Part shown: positions 8,908 to 16,641 of the stretch, one piece after another
Layout: each line of letters starts with the position of its first letter
How positions within the stretch are numbered: the stretch's first letter is position 1
Virus record (IMG/VR): IMGVR_UViG_3300033182_000678
Coordinates: 15,975 to 79,974 of that record
Direction: 5' to 3' (one strand)
Length of the DNA stretch: 64,000 nucleotides
DNA from: a virus
Translations under genes and position numbers: made by a program
The notes under the pieces: model-generated
Database searches by the model: none
Told to the model about the DNA's origin: nothing
Seen by the model: only the letters and a program-made list of their open reading frames with translations

Positions 8908-10320
8908 TTATTTAAGAAAGTTTTCATTTCTTATCCAATCGTAACCCACATATCCCATTTTCTTATGTATATTGATTACTTTGTTACTCCAACCATCAAC
9001 ATATGCTAAATCATATTTTATGTTTTTTTTAATGAGATAATTAGTAATGTAAGTGAACCAGTGTTCTATTAACTTACCATGTTTCCTTGAAGTTCTATAT
9101 TTAGGTAAACATACCCAATACGCACTATAAGAATGGTCTTTAGGTAAGTCCATATCAATGTTCCAACCATGGTCATAAAAAGTAAACTCTCCCATAAACC
9201 ACCAACTCCATTGTATCAATTTACCATCATGAAACATTGCACATAAACTATGTCCATCTTGTATTCTTTTCTTTGCAGTTTCTAAATCCCATAACCAAGT
9301 TTTTCTTGTCTCTTCATTAATCCATTCCATGTTCATTCTATCCCACTCCTTGAGTCCTTGTAGAATTTCCCATGTCCATTTATCAAGTTTCTCAATAGTA
9401 TCAATATCTTCATAAACAACATCACCAATATCTGGTTTTTGAATTTTATGCTGATGTATAGGTCTTATACTAAACCAATAATTCTGATGGTTATCACATA
9501 ACCAACCATTAGATTCATCAATTATACTTTTTCTAAGTTCAGTTTTAAACTTATCATCATTAGAATAATTAAAGTTAATTGAATCAAAGTCAACTTTCTT
9601 ATTATATTTACTCAACACATCTACAAATCTTTCTAATCCCCAACCAAAACATGCAGTCATTTCAGATTCATGTATGTTAAACTTATCAATAAACTTTCTA
9701 CCATGTAGATTAAATGAACCTATCGCTACATGTCTATCCTCATTAGGAATCCATGCTCTAATCTCAATCTTAGAACCACTTTTGATTTGTACTTTTCTTT
9801 TTAACTCTGATTTATCTCCGAAGAATGGGTCTGATGCCACCTCATAAAAATAATCAATACCAAAGTGTTCCAACATTTGTGATGTCAAATGCATTGCCTT
9901 GTTTAAGTTATCCTCACAATATTTCTCAGTACCAACAAACACTATCTCTGATATAGTGAAGTTAAACATTCTTTCTAAATCAGTACATTCCTCTTCTATT
10001 CGTGTACATTTACTTGTCATCACATATGATTTATTCAATATACTTTTACCTTGTAGAAAACTATAACAATGATAACATCCTGTAGGTGAGCATATTCCTT
10101 TTTCTTCACCATGATATGAATTAATTATAGATACTTGATTTGAGAATGATTCCATGTAACCTGTTTTATAGGCATTATCCATTGATAAATGTGATGGTGT
10201 CCATAGTCTTTCAGAATTGAATTCTTCTGACATTTTGTATGTTAGATTCTCTAAACCAACTAAACTCTTAACTATGTCACCACTTATTACTTGTAGTCCA
10301 TCTCCAACTTTAGTATACAT
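8908..10320 (-). CDS. Amino acid:[carrier protein] ligase-like (atypical SerRS, class II aaRS paralog) fused to a GNAT domain
   Basis: SPTGCYHCY, CTRIE, F.ISEIVFVG, ASDPFF, SFNLH and TACFGWGLER; C-terminal VCLPKYR..G and N..INIHKKMGY. Confidence 0.8.
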   Translation of the reverse strand: MYTKVGDGLQVISGDIVKSLVGLENLTYKMSEEFNSERLWTPSHLSMDNAYKTGYMESFSNQVSIINSYHGEEKGICSPTGCYHCYSFLQGKSILNKSYVMTSKCTRIEEECTDLERMFNFTISEIVFVGTEKYCEDNLNKAMHLTSQMLEHFGIDYFYEVASDPFFGDKSELKRKVQIKSGSKIEIRAWIPNEDRHVAIGSFNLHGRKFIDKFNIHESEMTACFGWGLERFVDVLSKYNKKVDFDSINFNYSNDDKFKTELRKSIIDESNGWLCDNHQNYWFSIRPIHQHKIQKPDIGDVVYEDIDTIEKLDKWTWEILQGLKEWDRMNMEWINEETRKTWLWDLETAKKRIQDGHSLCAMFHDGKLIQWSWWFMGEFTFYDHGWNIDMDLPKDHSYSAYWVCLPKYRTSRKHGKLIEHWFTYITNYLIKKNIKYDLAYVDGWSNKVINIHKKMGYVGYDWIRNENFLK

Positions 10321-10559
10321 TACTCACTCGGTTGAATTTGACTCATCATCTTTGATGGAATACTTCCACAATTACCACATGCAAATACTTGAATCGGAAC
10401 TATTGCCTCTTTACCATTTGGACTCATCAATGCAGATATTCTTTTCAAAAAGAACGATTGTATGAAAGATGCATTATTACATTCTTCACATAATATTGTT
10501 TCAGTATCACTAATATCTATTGGTTGTGGTGGGTCTTGGTATTTTCTATCTTTACTCAT
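10320..10559 (-). CDS. Small zinc-ribbon protein
   Basis: CEECNN...CGNCG; 79 aa; coupled to the clamp loader gene. Confidence 0.7.
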   Translation of the reverse strand: MSKDRKYQDPPQPIDISDTETILCEECNNASFIQSFFLKRISALMSPNGKEAIVPIQVFACGNCGSIPSKMMSQIQPSE

Positions 10560-11479
10560 TTTACTACTCCTATTAGTTCAGTAAACATCGCCATAATATT
10601 TATCTCTTTATCCACAACCACTGCATCACTTTGTTGATATTGAGCTAATAATAAAATACACTCCGCCACATGTCCTCTACCCCAATCATCTACGGTATCA
10701 AATAATAATCTGAATAAATCAGAGAAATCTGTTACTTTTGAATCTGCCAATAGTTGTCTTATATTTTTAAACGAATTCTTTTTATCTTGTGTTTTTAGTA
10801 TCTCTAACACTTTAACTTTGTAGTCATTCTGAATACTCATACCCTCATCAATAACTAACTCACCATTCACCACTTGTCTCTGTGCACCATTAATTACTCT
10901 TCTTAAATCAGGAAAACCACTATTAACTATAGTTACAATATCATTAACATCTGCCTTAACTCCCTCTTTAGTTAATATATCAGATAAGTGAACTGCAACT
11001 TGTTTTCTATCTGGTGGTATAATCTGAAATGATTGACACCTTGATTGTATTGGGTCAATGATTCTCTCAACATAATTACAAGTTAAAATAAACCTACAAT
11101 GTTTTGAGAATGTTTCCATTAGATTACGAAGTGCGGCCTGTGATGCAGGTGTAATGTAATCTGCCTCATCAAGTATTACAACTTTCATATTGGAAAACCC
11201 AATAGTAGATGCAAAGTTCTTTACTTTGTCTCTGACCATTTCAAGTTTCCTTTCATCAGATGCATTGATATATAGATAATCACATTCTATATTATTAACG
11301 AGTAGTTTTGCCAAGGTTGTTTTTCCACCTCCTGCACGCCCATATAATAATAAATGTGGTATATCGCCTGATTCAAGATACACTTTCACTTTTGATTTTA
11401 AGTGTTCGTTTCCTATAAATTCATCTAATGTTCGTGGACGATACGATTCCACCCATAAACTATTTTTTATACTATCCAT
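10556..11479 (-). CDS. Clamp-loader AAA+ subunit (T4 gp44/RFC-like)
   Basis: LWVESYRP, GRAGGGKTT, INASD, ILDEAD and SRC motifs. Confidence 0.95.
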   Translation of the reverse strand: MDSIKNSLWVESYRPRTLDEFIGNEHLKSKVKVYLESGDIPHLLLYGRAGGGKTTLAKLLVNNIECDYLYINASDERKLEMVRDKVKNFASTIGFSNMKVVILDEADYITPASQAALRNLMETFSKHCRFILTCNYVERIIDPIQSRCQSFQIIPPDRKQVAVHLSDILTKEGVKADVNDIVTIVNSGFPDLRRVINGAQRQVVNGELVIDEGMSIQNDYKVKVLEILKTQDKKNSFKNIRQLLADSKVTDFSDLFRLLFDTVDDWGRGHVAECILLLAQYQQSDAVVVDKEINIMAMFTELIGVVK

Positions 11480-11547
11480 CTATTTTATTACCCTTTTTAA
11501 TATTATCTATTGCTGGTATAAATTGTAGGTTTTATTTCATCCATTAT

Positions 11548-11579
11548 AACTTTCTCCAAATCCAAATTGGTTCACAAAA
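11548..11579. repeat. 32-nt direct repeat, copy 1 (copy 2 at 11959-11990)
   Basis: aactttctccaaatccaaattggttcacaaaa versus aactttttccaaatccaaattggttcacaaaa; one mismatch. Confidence 0.9.
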
Positions 11580-11976
11580 CTTTTTCCCATTTGTCGTTGG
11601 AGGTCAATTTAAAGGCCCCTATAAATATCTGTGACCATTGGTCGGGCTCTATTAAACTCAACCATAAATGTCCTTCTTCATGTTGATATAAATAATAAGT
11701 GTGTCCTAAGATTGGTGTAAAATTATATTTAGCCTCATAAACTAATTTATTCCACTCATATTCTTTCATCAACTTGATATATTCTTCTTTTATCTCATTA
11801 TATCGGGTTTCAAAATAATGATTAGTTGATACCATATGTTCTTGTTTCCAAGAACTAATATTAGTCGGTTTTATCGCTGGAGCACCAACATTGCTCCCAT
11901 AAGGTAAAATACCAGGATTATCAACTACATTGTCTGATTTCTCCTTTTTTTTATTCACAACTTTTTCCAAATCCAA
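11572..11976 (-). CDS. DUF2452-like protein (start may be GTG at 11958)
   Basis: LPYGSNVGAPAI, F.PI.G.TYYLY, LSLIEP..W and W at the C-terminus. Confidence 0.7.
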   Translation of the reverse strand: MDLEKVVNKKKEKSDNVVDNPGILPYGSNVGAPAIKPTNISSWKQEHMVSTNHYFETRYNEIKEEYIKLMKEYEWNKLVYEAKYNFTPILGHTYYLYQHEEGHLWLSLIEPDQWSQIFIGAFKLTSNDKWEKVL

Positions 11977-13184
11977 ATTGGTTCACAAAATCTTTTATCT
12001 TTAGTCTCTTCTGCCTTTTGTATTGTTGATTCTTGAAACCTCTCATCAGATGCTCGTGCCATTCCTGCACCACCACTATTTGGTCTCTTTGCCATCTCCA
12101 TTCCAATACAACCTTGATATTCTGAATCACTAAAGGTACTTATGAAATCATTCATAGGATTACAAATCTCTACCATATTTTTTTCACCTGCAGTTCGTGC
12201 AAATACATCCGCAATATTCACTAATAGATATCCACCACTCTTGATAGAAGGCCATATTTTTTTTATTGATTTCTGTAGAAAATTTTTATTCCAACTATCA
12301 ATGTCTTTATACCTAACCCAACTTTGTGTATCATCATAACTATATCTCTCAACACTAAAGTAAGGTGGTGATGTGAATACGGTATCAAACATATCTTCAT
12401 ATTCTTTATAATCAACATCTTCGGCAGGTGATTCCAAGAACTGACAATCCTTATCAACCTCAAAGAACATATTTCTATGTGTATTATAGAAATCTTTTTG
12501 TTCCTTGTATATCGGATGGTTTTCTTTTCTTGGGTCTATTCCAAGATAAAATGCTCCTGTCTCACTTGCATAGAATCCTGCAAGTCTATCACCCCAACCC
12601 GCAGAGAAATCTAATATATTTCTACTCTGTAGTTTATCATATAATACTTTTGCAACATTTGGTTTGAATTGAGAACAAATATACTTTCTCAATCCAATCA
12701 TTACACGAAATGCACTCTTATCAATCTTAGGTAACTTCAGAGAGTACGCAGACCCAATCAAGGTAGTCATAAACTTATGACTTTCCCATGTTCTCTGTGG
12801 GCCTGGTGCAATAGTTCCATCAACACTCCACCTATTCTTTTGTTGGAAGTAATTACTTGCGTCATTACCTGTATTGTTTCTTTTGAAGTATTGTTGTTTA
12901 CCTTCAAAAGTTAAATCATATCTATACTTTGTACCCTCACGAGCAAACCATTCTCCTTCAACTAAAATTTCATTATGTCTCATACCTTTTAGTTTCTGAA
13001 GTTGTTTCAATGCGTCATTCTCGGTGATATCCATGTATGGTGGTGGGTAAGACATCGCAACCTTTGCAAGACTTTCTCTTACATCTTGTTTATCAAAGGT
13101 TTTTTTGATGTAGTCCCACTCTTCCTCATCTATGAAGAGATAAGGTTCCATATCATAGAATTTGTCAAAGTACGATAGATACAT
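11955..13184 (-). CDS. DNA amino-methyltransferase (N4-C/N6-A type)
   Basis: SAM-binding LDFSAGWGDRL and catalytic FTSPPYF motifs. Confidence 0.85.
   Translation of the reverse strand: MYLSYFDKFYDMEPYLFIDEEEWDYIKKTFDKQDVRESLAKVAMSYPPPYMDITENDALKQLQKLKGMRHNEILVEGEWFAREGTKYRYDLTFEGKQQYFKRNNTGNDASNYFQQKNRWSVDGTIAPGPQRTWESHKFMTTLIGSAYSLKLPKIDKSAFRVMIGLRKYICSQFKPNVAKVLYDKLQSRNILDFSAGWGDRLAGFYASETGAFYLGIDPRKENHPIYKEQKDFYNTHRNMFFEVDKDCQFLESPAEDVDYKEYEDMFDTVFTSPPYFSVERYSYDDTQSWVRYKDIDSWNKNFLQKSIKKIWPSIKSGGYLLVNIADVFARTAGEKNMVEICNPMNDFISTFSDSEYQGCIGMEMAKRPNSGGAGMARASDERFQESTIQKAEETKDKRFCEPIWIWKKL
11959..11990. repeat. 32-nt direct repeat, copy 2 (3' end of the methyltransferase gene)
   Basis: Matches 11548-11579 with one mismatch. 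Confidence 0.9.
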
Positions 13185-13915
13185 TATGGATTAGTTTGTG
13201 TTGATACTAAATAATACTCGGACTCATAATCATCTATTGAGAAGTTAATCTTAGATATTCCCGCAGATGATACTTTCATAGTTGCATTTTGACACTCTTT
13301 ATTAGCACTTAATATTTTTGAGAACATTTCAGCACTGAATGAAATAGGTTCAATGTCTGAATAGTTATCTACACTAACAGGTATTGTAACTCTATTTGAT
13401 GCAATGTTTGAGAATCCAATTACGATATTTACTTTATCATTGTCTGCAATGATTGTAAATGTTTCAGTTTCAGGTAGTGCACCTTTACCATTAATAAATG
13501 TACTGATGAAATATGAATCTAATTTTAACTCTAATTCAAATTCACTTGGTAAGTTTTTCAATGGTGGTGGTGTTGGTATAACACTTAAGTCACTCAACAT
13601 ATATTTTGATGTTGTTCCATAACTTGAGTCTTTCATCTGTAATGATACAAATTTTCCACCCATATTATCTATAGTGAAATCTACATCGTTACCAACTACT
13701 GAAAGTAGTGATAATAATTGTGAAGTGTTATACACTCCAATTTCACTTGGGTCAAATGCATCAAACTTTTCCATTTTAACACTACCAACAAGTTGTTTGT
13801 CACCTGATATGAATCGTGTTAATAGTGATTTACCATCTGATACAATCTTAGTAGACTTGATTTCTCCACCAAGATGATACTTGTTAATAAATCCAACTAA
13901 TTTACTTTTATCCAT
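13184..13915 (-). CDS. Sliding clamp (T4 gp45/PCNA-like)
   Basis: 243 aa, acidic, beta-rich, ends ..YYLV; lies between PolB and the clamp loader. Confidence 0.75.
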   Translation of the reverse strand: MDKSKLVGFINKYHLGGEIKSTKIVSDGKSLLTRFISGDKQLVGSVKMEKFDAFDPSEIGVYNTSQLLSLLSVVGNDVDFTIDNMGGKFVSLQMKDSSYGTTSKYMLSDLSVIPTPPPLKNLPSEFELELKLDSYFISTFINGKGALPETETFTIIADNDKVNIVIGFSNIASNRVTIPVSVDNYSDIEPISFSAEMFSKILSANKECQNATMKVSSAGISKINFSIDDYESEYYLVSTQTNP

Positions 13916-13973
13916 TTGTTATTCTCCTATTGTTAATAATCTCTATAATACATATATACAAGAAAGTTCAAAA

Positions 13974-16481
13974 TCAAAAAAATCTTTCAATACTTTTTGT
14001 TTTATCTACTACATTGTCCCATGACATTGCCTTGTAGAACATACCAATTTTCTTTGTCATTGCCTGTTCAAACATTCTATCATGGTCAATGTGAGTCTTA
14101 ATTAATTCTAAAATCTGTGGTGGGTCTTCATAACCTTTATATGCAATTGTATCAAACCCAAACTCATTGTTCTTTAGATACACCCATTTAATCTTACTAC
14201 CATTTATAATCTTTTCGTATTTCCTACCCTCATACCAATATTCTAATAATGAATTATAATTGATAGCGGCCTTAACATGAACAGGTGTTCCTTTTTTATA
14301 TGTACTGAATGGTGAATCATCATCTTTCACTTCATACTTTCCAATACCCTTTACACCAATTGGATTCGCCATAACATCATAATGTAAGTTAACCATGTTT
14401 CTTTTAAACAATGATATTCTTTCATCAATCTTTTCCTTTGGAACATCTGCCAATATATCTTCCAATACCTTACTTAATAATTCTTTCATAGCAACTGCAA
14501 AGTTACTACGAACCGTATCCAATCCTTTAACATGAATCTTATTTACCTTACGACCTGCATCATTGATAATTCTTAATCCATATCTTTTCTTTGTAATGAA
14601 CAACCCACTCTTTGCAACTACCTCTTGTTTAATATCAAACACATGGTTTTCTTTCTCTACATTACAGAACTTCTTACCAAAGAAATTATAACTTTCATTT
14701 AGATAATCTTGTACCTCACTACAAATCTCCATAATCCTTTGTGTCATCATTGTATCACTTAGTTTTTGATTAGGAAATCTCTTCTCAACCAATGGAATAG
14801 CAGAGGCAAAAATAGAATCAGTATCTATGTATATCACATAATCATCATCAGTACCGAGTTCTTTATTATAAAAGTGATTCGTTATCTTCTTACTGAACTT
14901 AATTAAGGCTTGACCAGTGAGAGTTGTTGCCTCTGCATTATCCAAATCATAAAATCTAAATACAGGTAATCCCAATACACCATACATGGAATTCAAAATA
15001 ATCTTTTGTATGTATTGTCTTCTATCAAAGTAATCTTCTAATTCTTTATTACCCTCATCATGATACTTCTTAACAAGTTTTCTCATCTCAACTCTTTCGT
15101 TGAACCACTTAGTTAGAAGTGCAGGAATCAATCCTTGTTTATCTGTACGATATAAAACACCATTAGATGCAATACTAATCTCATTGGTTAATAGATAGTT
15201 TTCTAATTCACCATTTGTAAACTTACCAATTTCTTTTTCTTTCTTATCTATCATGGTATATGTTTTTACCAAGTCCTTTTTTAAGAACTCCTCTGCATCC
15301 CAACCCTCAACCTTACCTAACTTAGTCTCAGGTGATATATTTAGACTACGAATCACACTTGGATACATAGATGTAATGTCCAAGTCATAAACCCAATCAT
15401 GTTTACCTGCCTGTGGTTTCTGTACATATGCACCTGCAAACTTATCATCATCAAATGTTTTTGGTCTTGGTGGTTTGTTTGGTGCAACAATACCAAGTTT
15501 TTTCAGATAAACTAATATTGCACCCTCAAGATATCTTGAACTCATAAACACTTCTTCATAAGGTATGTGTCCAAGGTGTGCAATACCTCGTGATATCTCA
15601 ATCAAATTTAATTTCTTATCCAACTCAACTAATATTTTTACATCTCGGATGTTGTAATCAATGAATGTCTGTAAGTCATTTTCATACAAGTCATTAAGTG
15701 TTCCCTCATAATCAACCTTTTTTATACCGACCTCTACTTCACCAATATAATCTAATCTATAACTTGATTGTTGAGAGAATGAAAACTTTCTATATAAAGA
15801 TAGATAGTCTAAACAACTAACTCCTGCAATAACATATCTCTTTTTAACTTCATTGTAATATACTTCTGAGATAGGTGATAACAAGTTTGCCACACTAACA
15901 CCCAATACATTTACTGCCCTATTATATAGATAAGGAATATCAAAGAAGTCTGAGTTCCAACCACTTAATATTGTTGGTTTGATTTCTAAATACTTTTGGA
16001 AAAACTTGTTTAACATTTCGTATTCTGTATCATATACCTCTACAACTTTATTATCTTTTGTATATGATTGAAGTCTTTTCTTTGCATCAAACACATATGT
16101 AAAATATGTTTCTGTCATGAAATCATATAGTGCAATAGAAGTGATTACATTGTTTGCCTTCATCACATCAGGAAAACCATATGTAACCTCTACCTCAATA
16201 TCAAAGAATACTTTTCTATGTCCATCTGAAACTTCATCTGAATCTGTATATTGGTCAACTAAAAATCTTGTTGTTGGTGGGACATCTGATTCATGTAGTG
16301 TTGGGTCATCTTTATCATAATTAAATACTTTCTTTACTCTATCACCATATAGTGAAACATGTTGACCATTTGAATTTTTTACATAGGCATATTTTTTGTA
16401 AGGAACAATAAGATAACCTCTTTTGTCATCAAATACATGCATTCTTTGTTTACGCACATCATACCAAATATTCTGATACAA
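13974..16481 (-). CDS. polB: Family B DNA polymerase (T4 gp43-like)
   Basis: FFDIEV, GWNSDFFD and YN..D exonuclease motifs; DITSMYPS, K..LNSMYG, YIDTDS and KKRY polymerase motifs; TTG start. Confidence 0.97.
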   Translation of the reverse strand: MYQNIWYDVRKQRMHVFDDKRGYLIVPYKKYAYVKNSNGQHVSLYGDRVKKVFNYDKDDPTLHESDVPPTTRFLVDQYTDSDEVSDGHRKVFFDIEVEVTYGFPDVMKANNVITSIALYDFMTETYFTYVFDAKKRLQSYTKDNKVVEVYDTEYEMLNKFFQKYLEIKPTILSGWNSDFFDIPYLYNRAVNVLGVSVANLLSPISEVYYNEVKKRYVIAGVSCLDYLSLYRKFSFSQQSSYRLDYIGEVEVGIKKVDYEGTLNDLYENDLQTFIDYNIRDVKILVELDKKLNLIEISRGIAHLGHIPYEEVFMSSRYLEGAILVYLKKLGIVAPNKPPRPKTFDDDKFAGAYVQKPQAGKHDWVYDLDITSMYPSVIRSLNISPETKLGKVEGWDAEEFLKKDLVKTYTMIDKKEKEIGKFTNGELENYLLTNEISIASNGVLYRTDKQGLIPALLTKWFNERVEMRKLVKKYHDEGNKELEDYFDRRQYIQKIILNSMYGVLGLPVFRFYDLDNAEATTLTGQALIKFSKKITNHFYNKELGTDDDYVIYIDTDSIFASAIPLVEKRFPNQKLSDTMMTQRIMEICSEVQDYLNESYNFFGKKFCNVEKENHVFDIKQEVVAKSGLFITKKRYGLRIINDAGRKVNKIHVKGLDTVRSNFAVAMKELLSKVLEDILADVPKEKIDERISLFKRNMVNLHYDVMANPIGVKGIGKYEVKDDDSPFSTYKKGTPVHVKAAINYNSLLEYWYEGRKYEKIINGSKIKWVYLKNNEFGFDTIAYKGYEDPPQILELIKTHIDHDRMFEQAMTKKIGMFYKAMSWDNVVDKTKSIERFF

Positions 16482-16604
16482 TCTTAGCCTCTCTCTCGTC
16501 TTTTAATCCAAGACTTTTTAACTTTCTCAGATAAATTTTAGAACCTCTTTTGTTTAGTAATAAATAGTATTATTTTTTTTCAATCTTTAAATTATTTTTG
16601 TAAG

Positions 16605-16632
16605 TGGGGGGAAATAAATGATATTCCCCCCA
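16605..16632 (-). terminator. Strong stem-loop after the TonB receptor gene
   Basis: tggggggaa/ttcccccca inverted repeat; weak U-tract. Confidence 0.55.
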
Positions 16633-16641
16633 TAATTACAA

